From the IMG/VR virus record IMGVR_UViG_3300020204_000006: DNA of 64,000 bases; one strand, 5' to 3'. A program made the translations under genes and the position numbers. Positions 36,540-45,967 of the stretch are shown here, in pieces. Numbering within the stretch: the stretch's first letter is position 1; every line of letters begins with the position of its first letter. Source of the DNA: a virus. Below the pieces are notes generated by a model. That model did no database searches. It worked only from the letters and a program-made list of their open reading frames with translations, and was not told where the DNA came from.

Positions 36540-37523
36540 ATGAAAAATATATTAATTACAGATTCTTTTGATTCTCTTGATAAACTTTCAAATAAGTACG
36601 ATATTGCCAATTTTGACGTTATGAGAATGGCAAATTATTCTGGATCTTGGGGTGAAACATTTCCTTTTGATCCATCAAAAAAATTTAATTTATTAATAAA
36701 AAAAGATAATTATTTTACTCAATTCTGTAAAAATAAAAAAATAATTGTAGACATTTGTTTTTTTACACCATTTGAAAAAATAGGTTTAATGCTTATAGAC
36801 TTTAATGATTCTGGGATAAGAGACATAGTAATAAATTATGACAAAAAAAAGTTTAAAGAATGTTCTTCTACATATGTGGAAAAAATAACAAATAAAGATT
36901 ATCTTAAAAAATTTGCTATTTGTAAAAGGCTTTTAAATGCTAGAATTTTTACCAATAAACCTATGATAAAAAACATACATCATTTAAATCTTTTTTCTAA
37001 TTTTTTGTCATCTGGTTTAGATAAAACAATATATCAAAAATTAGTTGACAAAAAAATTGTTCATTCTATGAGTAATAAAGATAAAAGTGGGATATTTTGG
37101 CCAATACTTGATGTTTGTGCTGATGATATTCCAGTTTACAATTCTTATTTTAATAAATATGAAAAGTGTTTTTTTGAAGCAGAGTCTTCGTATAATCGCA
37201 TGATATTTAATAATAGGATTATGAATTTAATTAGAGATGAAGATTTAAAATTTTCATTTGAAGAATATGATGATTGGTATTTAGATACTTATTTTGATTT
37301 TTTATATCTTGAGTCTATGTCTATATTTTCATTATACAGAGGCGCAATAGTTCCATCTTTATCAGAATTATACAAGATGAATTCTTTAAATAAAGATAGT
37401 ATTTTTGTATACAATTCATTTATGTCAAATTGTCATTATTACTTTAATTCTTGTCGAGAGATATTAAATAAAAATTATAGTACTTTAGATTTTTGCAAAA
37501 AATTATGGAATATTAAATTATGA
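36540..37523 (+). CDS. Hypothetical protein
   Basis: 327-aa ORF, no recognised motif. Confidence 0.6.
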   Translation: MKNILITDSFDSLDKLSNKYDIANFDVMRMANYSGSWGETFPFDPSKKFNLLIKKDNYFTQFCKNKKIIVDICFFTPFEKIGLMLIDFNDSGIRDIVINYDKKKFKECSSTYVEKITNKDYLKKFAICKRLLNARIFTNKPMIKNIHHLNLFSNFLSSGLDKTIYQKLVDKKIVHSMSNKDKSGIFWPILDVCADDIPVYNSYFNKYEKCFFEAESSYNRMIFNNRIMNLIRDEDLKFSFEEYDDWYLDTYFDFLYLESMSIFSLYRGAIVPSLSELYKMNSLNKDSIFVYNSFMSNCHYYFNSCREILNKNYSTLDFCKKLWNIKL

Positions 37524-37969
37524 ATATAAAAACGTCAGAAAAGTATGTTGAGCTTCCCAAAATTATTGAAATAGGAAAAGAGCTTTGTAAAAAGTATCCC
37601 GCGCAGTTCTCTGATATCCCGTTTGATGGCATAAGATGCTATGCGAATCTTGAGTCCAAGGATCCTAAGAAGGGCGGTAAAAAGGCAACGCAGCCTTGGG
37701 GCGTTAGTTTTTTACCTTTACCCTTAATAGATTTACTTAATATGCACGCAGTTATTTTTATAGAATTCGATTATTATTCTTCTTTAAATGATGCTCAGGT
37801 GTCTCTGCTTTGTGCCGATATATTTATGTCATTTGCTTTTGAAAAATCACTTTTCCTAAAGCCATTTGATGTTAAGGATCACTTTGAGATGTTGAATAAT
37901 TTTGGATTCAATTATCTAGAAAATCCTGATTCGCCTGATATTTTAAAAACAAATTGGAACTGGAGGTAA
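37520..37969 (+). CDS. Phage metallopeptidase-like protein with degenerate HExxH site
   Basis: Layout AVIFIE...Y..LNDAQ..LL...LKPFDV.DHF.ML..FG resembles putative phage metallopeptidases, but HELxH reads ADIFM. Confidence 0.4.
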   Translation: MNIKTSEKYVELPKIIEIGKELCKKYPAQFSDIPFDGIRCYANLESKDPKKGGKKATQPWGVSFLPLPLIDLLNMHAVIFIEFDYYSSLNDAQVSLLCADIFMSFAFEKSLFLKPFDVKDHFEMLNNFGFNYLENPDSPDILKTNWNWR

Positions 37970-37970
37970 T

Positions 37971-38378
37971 ATGAAGATTCAAGTTTGGATGAGAGACGGT
38001 TATGGCCAGGGTTCTATCTTAAAGACCCTTGACACTGTTGATGATGCTTTAGATTTTGCAAAAAAGCATGTAAGTGATACTAATTTTGACAATGCTCTTA
38101 CTCCACAAGAGAGGAGAAGAAATTGGGAGCTTTACTTGCCTTTGTTCGAAAGTAATTCTTTCCTTTATTGCGGCAAGTTTGCAAACAATCATACTTTGTT
38201 TTCTTGCGAAAGTGACTCTATTTCCGATGTAAATAATTCTAATAAATTTAGGCTTTATATTGGCAATATGTCTGGACAGTCGTTTTATGTAGAAGACCAA
38301 AAAAACAGAGAAGTTTTAAATTTAGATAGTGATTCCTTAAGAAACAAGGGTTTTGTATTCTTTAAGATAGTAAAATGA
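37971..38378 (+). CDS. Hypothetical protein
   Basis: 135-aa ORF preceded by GGAGG. Confidence 0.55.
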   Translation: MKIQVWMRDGYGQGSILKTLDTVDDALDFAKKHVSDTNFDNALTPQERRRNWELYLPLFESNSFLYCGKFANNHTLFSCESDSISDVNNSNKFRLYIGNMSGQSFYVEDQKNREVLNLDSDSLRNKGFVFFKIVK

Positions 38379-39247
38379 AAAAAGTAATAGCATTAACTGG
38401 TAAAAAGGGTACTGGTAAGACTACCCTTGCTATGTATATCAAATCATTGCTAATGAGGCATAGTGGCTTGATAGAAAACGACAGCTTGCATTGCATTTTT
38501 TCTTCAGACGGTATATGTCAAAAAATCAATGACCCTTACAATATATATGTCAATAATACAAATTTAAAAATTGATTTGTGCGACAGTATAAAAATATGCA
38601 GTTTTGCATATGGCGTTAAAAAAGTTGCCACTGACATACTTGGTTTAAATGAAAATCAGGTTTATGGTACTCAAGAAGAAAAAAACAGCATTACCGAATA
38701 TTTTTGGGAAAATATGCCCTTATGGATAAGGTGGGAAAACTCAAAAAGAAAATCAATTTTTTCTTCAAATGAAAAAAATAATATAAAAATTAAAGAACTT
38801 AATGTTGTTGCTGGTATAAAAAGCGAACAAGATTTATGGAATTGCTGTTTTGATTTTAATGCTTTTCCTATTAATTTGAAATCTGGACCGATGTCCTCAA
38901 GAGAGGTTTTACAAATACTGGGAACAGACATATTTAGAAAAATGTTTGATGAAAATGTATGGGTTAATTGCGTAAAAAATTACATTCAAAAGTCTGATGC
39001 CAAATATTTCATAATAGATGATATGAGATTTGAATCTGAATTAAATGTAATATCAAAAAATTTTGATCATTTAGTAATAAACCTAAATAGGTATGTTGAT
39101 TCAGAAGATTTGCATCCATCAGAAATAGGGCTAAGCGAAGTGCTTAAAAATAGCAAGTCTAATCATGTAGGTATTATATCTAATTCAATGGAAGAAAAAA
39201 ATGCTATAGCTTTTGAATTTGTAAAGGAGTACATAATTGGAAAATAA
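38375..39247 (+). CDS. Deoxynucleoside monophosphate kinase
   Basis: IALTGKKGTGKTT, SFAYGVK, REVLQILGTDIFR, WV, IIDDMRFESE, HPSE. Confidence 0.82.
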   Translation: MKKVIALTGKKGTGKTTLAMYIKSLLMRHSGLIENDSLHCIFSSDGICQKINDPYNIYVNNTNLKIDLCDSIKICSFAYGVKKVATDILGLNENQVYGTQEEKNSITEYFWENMPLWIRWENSKRKSIFSSNEKNNIKIKELNVVAGIKSEQDLWNCCFDFNAFPINLKSGPMSSREVLQILGTDIFRKMFDENVWVNCVKNYIQKSDAKYFIIDDMRFESELNVISKNFDHLVINLNRYVDSEDLHPSEIGLSEVLKNSKSNHVGIISNSMEEKNAIAFEFVKEYIIGK

Positions 39248-40349
39248 TTCCTCTTTTACTAGTTTGGCAAACAAGTATAGACCTAAGAAGCTAGAAGACA
39301 TAATAGGGCAAGATCACGTAAGGTCAATCATAAAGTCTTCTATAAAAAATAATAAATGTCATTCTACTTATTTATTTTATGGTCCAGCTGGAACTGGCAA
39401 AACATCATCTGCAAGAATATTTGCTGCTTGCTTTAATTCAAAAAGTATTTCTGAAAATGAAGATTATACTAAAATAATAGAGCAAAAGTCAGTTGATCTT
39501 GTTGAGATTGATGCGGCTTCAAATAGAAGTATAGATGATATAAGAAATCTTAGAAATGAGATAAGGTATATGCCATCTGAATTTACTAAGAGATTCATTA
39601 TAATTGACGAGGCTCACGGTTTAACTGGTCATGCCGCAGAGGCAAGTCTTAAGATGCTCGAAGAGCCGCCCTCTCATAATGTTTTTATACTTTGCACTAC
39701 AGAGAAAGACAAAATAAAAGACACAATATTATCAAGATGTATTGAGGTTCCTTTTATAACACCTCATATAGATGACATGTCAGATCATTTAATTAAAATA
39801 TCAAAGATTGAAGGTTTTGATATAAGCAAGAGAAGCTCAAAGAAAATAGTTAAGTTATCTAATTTTTGTTTACGTTCTTGTATGCAAAATATTGAAAAAT
39901 TGATTTCTTGTTCTCCTGTTAAGACAATAACAGATGACTACGTAAATAAAATGTTTTGTATAATGGAGGAAGATATTATAATTAATCTTTTTATGACTTT
40001 CTTAAATAAGGATACTCATAATGGCATATTTATAATATCAGAAATGCTTAGGGTTTCTAATTCTCACGAAGTTGTATTTGACGGGATTTTAGAATTTATT
40101 AAAAATATTCTTACAATAAAGACAACAAAAAATCCGAATAGCCTTATTGATACTGATTTATCTAATTCAAATATTAAAGTTATATGTCAAAATATAAATT
40201 TGATAACTTTTTTTGAAATTATTTCGATAATAAAAGAGTCCCAAGAGCATATAAAACTTGGGGCTCCGCCTGAAAATGTTCTACATTTTATGTATTTAAA
40301 AATATTCATGAGTATTCAAACTAATGCCAAAAAAGAAAAGCAAAGTTAA
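39237..40349 (+). CDS. dnaX: Clamp loader DnaX, gamma-length
   Basis: LANKYRP....IIGQ, GPAGTGKTS.AR, EIDAASN, IIDEAHGL, LK.LEEPP, ILCTTE, TILSRC; TTG start after AAGGAG. Confidence 0.92.
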   Translation: MENNSSFTSLANKYRPKKLEDIIGQDHVRSIIKSSIKNNKCHSTYLFYGPAGTGKTSSARIFAACFNSKSISENEDYTKIIEQKSVDLVEIDAASNRSIDDIRNLRNEIRYMPSEFTKRFIIIDEAHGLTGHAAEASLKMLEEPPSHNVFILCTTEKDKIKDTILSRCIEVPFITPHIDDMSDHLIKISKIEGFDISKRSSKKIVKLSNFCLRSCMQNIEKLISCSPVKTITDDYVNKMFCIMEEDIIINLFMTFLNKDTHNGIFIISEMLRVSNSHEVVFDGILEFIKNILTIKTTKNPNSLIDTDLSNSNIKVICQNINLITFFEIISIIKESQEHIKLGAPPENVLHFMYLKIFMSIQTNAKKEKQS

Positions 40350-41061
40350 GAAAAAGCCCCAAAAAGTTATATTGGCAAAAAAAGAAAAAAAATCTTTATC
40401 CCAAGAAAGCTTGGCTTTTAAGGTTATAGAGTTCCAAAAAAGTAAAGATGTTGAATTTCAAGAAAAACTATTTAAAGAAATAGTTGATCAGATAAATCCA
40501 CTTATAACAAAAATAGTAAATAAATTTAATATACCAGGGTATGAGCAAACAGATCTTTATCAAGAAGCACTTATGGCTTTAAGGTTCAAGGCAATTAAAG
40601 ATTTTAAAACAGACAGAATAATTGGGGATGACATGATAGGTTTTGAAAAATTTGCAGCCCTGTGTACCAAAAGACATTTAAGTACACTTCTTAAAACAAG
40701 TTTTCAAAATAAAAAATTTGCACTTAATAGTAGTATATCTATACATACAGAAAGTAAAGATAATGAAAATGATTTTAATTTAGCTGATATAATGGATTCT
40801 GGTGAAGCAGATAGTCTTGAAAGGGCAGAAAGAAAAGAAGAATTTAGAATATTGCTTGCTCGATTAATTGAAGGTTTATCTGATTTTGAAAAGAAAGTTT
40901 TAATGTTATATGCTCAGAAATTTTCATATAAAGAAATATCTGATTTTATCAATTCTTCAAATTCTAGTATGAAGGTCAACATCAAGGGAGTCGATAATGC
41001 TCTTAGTAGAATTAAAACTAAAGCAAAAGATTTACTTGATGAAATGGACCTAGAATTATGA
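40324..41061 (+). CDS. sigH: Sigma-70 family factor, SigH (Spo0H)-like
   Basis: DLYQE..MAL..AIKDF, FEKFAALC.KR, ALNSSISI, LSDFEKKVL.LY...SYKEIS, KGVDNALSRIK; the VDNAL.R motif is typical of SigH. Confidence 0.8.
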   Translation: MPKKKSKVKKKPQKVILAKKEKKSLSQESLAFKVIEFQKSKDVEFQEKLFKEIVDQINPLITKIVNKFNIPGYEQTDLYQEALMALRFKAIKDFKTDRIIGDDMIGFEKFAALCTKRHLSTLLKTSFQNKKFALNSSISIHTESKDNENDFNLADIMDSGEADSLERAERKEEFRILLARLIEGLSDFEKKVLMLYAQKFSYKEISDFINSSNSSMKVNIKGVDNALSRIKTKAKDLLDEMDLEL

Positions 41062-42182
41062 AGAAATTACAAGAACTTTTTTCAAAAATAAACAACTTTG
41101 TAAACAAAAATTACTTTATAGTAAATAACCCGCCAGTAATAACATTTACCGTAAAAGACGGATTTAAAAGCGCTTACATAAACGTACCTGGTTTTAATAT
41201 GCAGATATTAAATAATCCCATATGGGAAGATGTTAAATTTGAAATGGATGAGTGTAATTTTTCTGTTAGAGTAAGCGATCTTAATAATGTTTTCTCTTCA
41301 ATGAGAAATAAAGACGGAACTTTAATATCAAAAAGTGATAATAATATAAAATTTGAGTCTATTGATGGAGAGATTGTTGAAATCCCTCAATGCGAATCAG
41401 TAAAGCCAAAGGGAATAAGAAAATGTTCAGATGAATGTGTTGTTGTGCCCGTTGATTTGATTGATTCAGTTTTATATCGTGCTAGAGCATGTTTTTATAC
41501 CGTCAATCACACTCCTGTTTACAATACAATTAAGGTTGTGTCTTCTTCTGGTGCTTCTAGGTTTGTTTCTGGTAATGGCTCAATATTCTGCATACAGGAC
41601 ATAAAATGTGAAGTTCCTGACGGCAAATATTGCATACCTTATTCTTGTCTATCTTTTTTGCATGAATTAAATAAAATAACTAGAGATAAAAAAGTAAAAT
41701 TTATTTCTAAAGAAAATAGTTTTCATGTAGAAAACGACTATTTTATAATGAATCAGGAAGTTGATTTGGATTTTTCTAAATGGCCAGATGAAAACAAAAT
41801 ACTTGATATGTCTAGGGAAATAAGTTTATTGATGTCAAGTGATGTTCTTAAGGGAATAAGAGATAATCTTCAGCTTTCGATGATATATAAAAAGGATGAC
41901 GAGCTTCTTATTACCGATTTTTCTGCTGACAAATCTTTTTCATTTATTACAGATGGTAAAATAAAAACAAAAAATTCAGTAGAACACAAATCTTGCTCAT
42001 CTCCTTTTAGTGGTAGGATATACACTAGACTTTTGTTGGACTTAGTTAACAGTATGCCAGATGATGATGTTGAAGCTCTTTTTACTACAAGTAGTTCTGG
42101 ATTTAGGGGAAAAAATTTCCCGTTAATTTGTGAATTCAATGACGGCGATGCCATGGTTAGCATAATATGTACTCAGGTTTAA
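41058..42182 (+). CDS. Divergent beta sliding clamp-like protein
   Basis: 374 aa (DnaN size), beta-rich; segment LIDSVL...FVSGNGSIF matches the position of the clamp VATDGHRL region; WPDENKIL echoes FPDY.RVI; lies in the dnaX block. Confidence 0.5.
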   Translation: MKKLQELFSKINNFVNKNYFIVNNPPVITFTVKDGFKSAYINVPGFNMQILNNPIWEDVKFEMDECNFSVRVSDLNNVFSSMRNKDGTLISKSDNNIKFESIDGEIVEIPQCESVKPKGIRKCSDECVVVPVDLIDSVLYRARACFYTVNHTPVYNTIKVVSSSGASRFVSGNGSIFCIQDIKCEVPDGKYCIPYSCLSFLHELNKITRDKKVKFISKENSFHVENDYFIMNQEVDLDFSKWPDENKILDMSREISLLMSSDVLKGIRDNLQLSMIYKKDDELLITDFSADKSFSFITDGKIKTKNSVEHKSCSSPFSGRIYTRLLLDLVNSMPDDDVEALFTTSSSGFRGKNFPLICEFNDGDAMVSIICTQV

Positions 42183-43033
42183 ATGGTAAAAAAATTATAA
42201 TAGAGGGAGACTTTTGGTTTTTTTGTTTTTCTCACTCTTTTATAAGTTTTAAAATGAGTTATAATTTAACTAGCGTATCAAATAAAAAAGATTTATCAAG
42301 CGACATATTTGATAATTGTAATTACTGCTGTTCTTTTTCTTTATTGACAAAAGAAGACTGTGATTATATATTAAAAAATTGTATTTTTATTGGTTCTTCT
42401 GGAAAAACAGAAACAAAAAAAATATTAAAGTTTATTGAAGAAAAAAACACTATAATAATTACTAAGGAAAATTTTTGTGAAATTATGTGTTCTTCTTTGT
42501 CAAAACAAGATAAAGATTACTATGGCGAAATATTATCTATAGCTAATAATAAAATAATGTATATGAAATACATTGGTTGCCCTGAGGAGCTATATGACGT
42601 AAATTTTAGTACCAAAAGTTTTAATTTTGATCTTGTTGACAAAGTCGATTTTTCTAATGAGGCAAATAAACTTGCTCTATTTTCAAAACTTAAAAATTCT
42701 AAACTTAATTTTTTAATTCATTCAATTTTAAAATCTAACAATGAAATGATGTGCGAAGAAATTATAAAGAACAATACAAAAAATATGTTTTCAGACAGAC
42801 ATATTTCTTATGCGATTAAAAGTTTTTCTAAATCTAAAAGCTATACAGAAGAATTTATAATATATCTTATGATTATTATAAATAGATATAAGTACAATTT
42901 TAGTAAATCTTGGTTTAATATTATTTTTGTACTTATTGGTATTCTGCATAATAAAAATAAATTGACTAATGACGAAAAAATTAGAGTCAGGAAAACCATT
43001 AAATATATTTTTAATCAAAAGCAGTATGTCTGA
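42167..43033 (+). CDS. Hypothetical protein (possible degenerate clamp-loader delta/HolA-like)
   Basis: IIIEGDFWF at N-terminus and FNFDLVDKV...KLAL in C-half loosely echo HolA; adjacent to clamp-like gene. Confidence 0.4.
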   Translation: MYSGLNGKKIIIEGDFWFFCFSHSFISFKMSYNLTSVSNKKDLSSDIFDNCNYCCSFSLLTKEDCDYILKNCIFIGSSGKTETKKILKFIEEKNTIIITKENFCEIMCSSLSKQDKDYYGEILSIANNKIMYMKYIGCPEELYDVNFSTKSFNFDLVDKVDFSNEANKLALFSKLKNSKLNFLIHSILKSNNEMMCEEIIKNNTKNMFSDRHISYAIKSFSKSKSYTEEFIIYLMIIINRYKYNFSKSWFNIIFVLIGILHNKNKLTNDEKIRVRKTIKYIFNQKQYV

Positions 43034-43334
43034 AAAAAAACAACCAATTGATGACTACGGTTTCAAAAATGATCAAATTGTAGATTGTCTAGAAAAAATT
43101 ATAGATCATGTTTGGTCAAATCTTCATGAAAATCAATCTAAAAAAATTGATACAAAAGAACTACTAGAGCTTACTGTTATACTTAGCACTTCTTGGTCTC
43201 TTGTTGAATCCATGATTAACTTTCATGAAGACCTATATGGCGATAGTTTAGTTTCCGATTCATCATTGGATGATGAATCGGAAGAAGATTCTGATGACGA
43301 GGACGAAGATAATTTAGATGAAGAAGAAAAGTAA
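43026..43334 (+). CDS. Hypothetical protein with acidic tail
   Basis: ATG 43026, 8-nt overlap; ends DDESEEDSDDEDEDNLDEEEK. Confidence 0.55.
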   Translation: MSEKKQPIDDYGFKNDQIVDCLEKIIDHVWSNLHENQSKKIDTKELLELTVILSTSWSLVESMINFHEDLYGDSLVSDSSLDDESEEDSDDEDEDNLDEEEK

Positions 43335-43353
43335 TTTTATTGAAAGGATAAAA

Positions 43354-44355
43354 ATGAAAAAAACTATTACTTCTAATAATATTGAAATTTTGAATTCTAA
43401 TGTTAAGAAAAAGGTTTTGGTTACTGGTGCTACTGGCTTTATTGGCTCAAACTTAGTTATGGATCTATGCTCCAATCCAAACAATACTGTCATTGGCGTT
43501 GATTTTTCAGAAGAAAATAATAAAATGTTTAAGAGCGACTTTTTAGATTCAAATAAAAATTTTACACTTATTGAGGGTGATTATTCTTCTGAAGAGTTTT
43601 TAGATATAGTAAAGAATGAAAGTGGAGTTGATTGTATAGTTCATCTTGCGGCCATACCTCGTGTCGCATATTCAGTGGAAAATCCTGCTGAAACTTGCTA
43701 CGAAAACGAGTTTAAAACCGTTAAGCTTTTAGAAGCTGCTTCTTCCAGAAAAATGAGATTTATTTTTGCTGGTAGCAGCAGCGTTTATGGAAACATAAAA
43801 AGCTTCCCTACAAAAGAAAAAGATGAAAAAAATCCTCAGAGTCCATATGCTATACAAAAACTTGTTGGTGAAATGTATATGAAAAATTTTAATTCTATTC
43901 ATGGCCTTGATTGTGTTTCTTTGAGATTTTTTAATGTATTTGGTCCAAGACAACTAGGCAATAGCCCTTATTCTTGTGTTATATCTGCTTGGTGCCATGC
44001 CATAAAAGACGGTAGGTCTTTAAGGATAGATGGCGATGGAACTCAAGAAAGAGACTTTTGCTATGTTGACAATGTTGTTGATTCCATAAAAAGATGCATG
44101 TACAGTGAAGAAAGATTTGATTTTAAGGTGTACAATGTGGCATGTGGTAGCTTTAATTCCCTAAATTCAATAAAATGTGTTTTTGAACAAAAATTTGGAG
44201 ATAGAATAAAATTTGTTGAAGCTCCCACTAGACTTGGTGATGTGAAAAAGACTCATGCTGACATATCCTTAATATCAAAAGATCTTAATTATTCTCCAAA
44301 GTTTGATCTTTGGGGCGGTCTAGAAAGAACTATAGAGTGGTGGAAAATATTGTAA
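43354..44355 (+). CDS. NAD-dependent nucleotide-sugar epimerase/dehydratase (extended SDR)
   Basis: VLVTGATGFIGS, HLAA, GSSSVYG, PQSPYAIQK (YxxxK), LRFFNVFGP, GDGTQERDF.YV; ATG 43354 follows AAGGA (alternative ATG 43318). Confidence 0.92.
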   Translation: MKKTITSNNIEILNSNVKKKVLVTGATGFIGSNLVMDLCSNPNNTVIGVDFSEENNKMFKSDFLDSNKNFTLIEGDYSSEEFLDIVKNESGVDCIVHLAAIPRVAYSVENPAETCYENEFKTVKLLEAASSRKMRFIFAGSSSVYGNIKSFPTKEKDEKNPQSPYAIQKLVGEMYMKNFNSIHGLDCVSLRFFNVFGPRQLGNSPYSCVISAWCHAIKDGRSLRIDGDGTQERDFCYVDNVVDSIKRCMYSEERFDFKVYNVACGSFNSLNSIKCVFEQKFGDRIKFVEAPTRLGDVKKTHADISLISKDLNYSPKFDLWGGLERTIEWWKIL

Positions 44356-44909
44356 TTGTAGGTATTGATCCAGGACTTTCTGGTGGTATTTGTTTTTTAT
44401 ATGAAAATGATTGTAAAATTTTAAAAATACCCACAAAAACAATACAAAAAAATAACAAAAATAAAAGAGATTATGACTCAAAAGTCATGAGTTGTGATTT
44501 TTATTCAAATATTAAAGGCTTTAATGGTCATGTATTTCAGGAATTGACACATGCCATGCCCGGAAATGGAGGAGTTAGTATGTACTCATTTGGAAGAGGG
44601 CATGGCATCTGGGAAGGTATATGCTCATCATATGACGTATCATATAGCTTGGTTACTCCTCAGTCCTGGAAAAAAATGTACCCCTCAATAGATTTAATTA
44701 AAAAAAATAACAATGGCTTAATTGAAAAAAAGAAAATTAAGGTAATGCAAAAACAGGCTGCAATAGAACTTGTAAAAAATATTCTTCCTTCATACGAAAA
44801 GTCTTTGTGTAAAACTTGTGATGGTTTGGCTGAAAGTTGTCTAATTGCACTATATGGATGGTTTAAAATTACAGGTAATATGCATAAAATTACGAATAAT
44901 AAATTATGA
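44340..44909 (+). CDS. ruvC: RuvC-like Holliday junction resolvase
   Basis: VGIDPGLSGG, FQE, MYSFGRGHG, VTPQSWKK, DGLAESCLIALYG; probable GTG start. Confidence 0.8.
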   Translation: MENIVIVGIDPGLSGGICFLYENDCKILKIPTKTIQKNNKNKRDYDSKVMSCDFYSNIKGFNGHVFQELTHAMPGNGGVSMYSFGRGHGIWEGICSSYDVSYSLVTPQSWKKMYPSIDLIKKNNNGLIEKKKIKVMQKQAAIELVKNILPSYEKSLCKTCDGLAESCLIALYGWFKITGNMHKITNNKL

Positions 44910-45160
44910 AGTGCGAAGATTTTTATGTAAACAAATTTTTATCTGATATTGAGTTCTGTTCTAAGCATGTAGAAAGAGACCCAATGTCTGTAAAAAAAAT
45001 AATAAACCAATATGTAAACTTTAATCAAATAGGCACATGTGATATAAGAAATATTTTAGAAATGATGTCTCAGATTTGCTTAGACAATCCCCAAAAGGTT
45101 AAAAAAATGTGCTTATATATGCTTCATAGTTTAAATAGTGAAAAAATAGTTTGTGAATAG
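44906..45160 (+). CDS. Small hypothetical protein
   Basis: 84-aa ORF, ATGA overlap. Confidence 0.5.
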   Translation: MKCEDFYVNKFLSDIEFCSKHVERDPMSVKKIINQYVNFNQIGTCDIRNILEMMSQICLDNPQKVKKMCLYMLHSLNSEKIVCE

Positions 45161-45165
45161 ATATC

Positions 45166-45804
45166 ATGTCAAATAACATAGAAAAATACAATATTGATAA
45201 ATATAGTTTGGATGGTCTAATAGAAGATCAGACAAAACTTATTCATAGTTCTTCTTGCAAGCTTTGTAATTGTGAATTTAGAATAGAATGCGAAGAGCTT
45301 TGGGAAAAAACAAATAATATTAATGCTGTCTATAGATTTGTTGAATCTAAGGGTGAAAAAATAAGTTATCCAGCAATAAGATCCCACTTAATAAATCATT
45401 ATAAAAAACAAGAAAATTTAGATAAATTAAGTAATTATGTAAAAAGTTTAGATTCTTGGAGAAAATCCAAAATAGAAAAAGAACAAAGATTAGAGCTATT
45501 AATGTCTATACTTGAAAAAAGAATAATTGAAATTGCCGCAGAGCAGGATGGTAATTCTGATGATTCGGGAAGAAAAATGGCTGACACTATGGTAAAGCTT
45601 ATACAACAGCTTCTTTCCTGTCAGTCTGCTCTAGACGACCATAAGCAGCTTATGGAGCCAGTTAAACTAATAGTGTCTAGATTGCAAACAATAGTAAAGG
45701 AAGAGATACAGACTAATTCTGGTAAGGATGTAAGGAGTGCTCTTATAAATGTCGTATCGTCTTTGGAAAAAGATGTTCATGAAATAATGAAAAATGGAAA
45801 ATAA
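45166..45804 (+). CDS. Putative Zn-binding/HTH protein with coiled-coil C-terminus
   Basis: CKLC...IRSHLINH, then helical coiled coil; a terminase-small-subunit-like role is possible but unproven. Confidence 0.5.
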   Translation: MSNNIEKYNIDKYSLDGLIEDQTKLIHSSSCKLCNCEFRIECEELWEKTNNINAVYRFVESKGEKISYPAIRSHLINHYKKQENLDKLSNYVKSLDSWRKSKIEKEQRLELLMSILEKRIIEIAAEQDGNSDDSGRKMADTMVKLIQQLLSCQSALDDHKQLMEPVKLIVSRLQTIVKEEIQTNSGKDVRSALINVVSSLEKDVHEIMKNGK

Positions 45805-45967
45805 AAACTTTAATAAACAAATAGGTATTTTGTCTAAAAAAATAAATAATCCATCATTTTTGCCTCCTAAAAATGATGAAAAAATTGATTCTATAGTTTC
45901 TAACAGGCAAATTATTAAAAAATCTTGTAATAGCTGTTCAAGGAAGGTAAATGTTAAAAGATATTAA
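45794..45967 (+). CDS. 57-aa basic protein absent from the ORF track
   Basis: ATG 45794 to TAA 45967: MENKNFNKQ...KKSCNSCSRKVNVKRY; fills the gap with 11- and 17-nt overlaps. Confidence 0.55.
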   Translation: MENKNFNKQIGILSKKINNPSFLPPKNDEKIDSIVSNRQIIKKSCNSCSRKVNVKRY

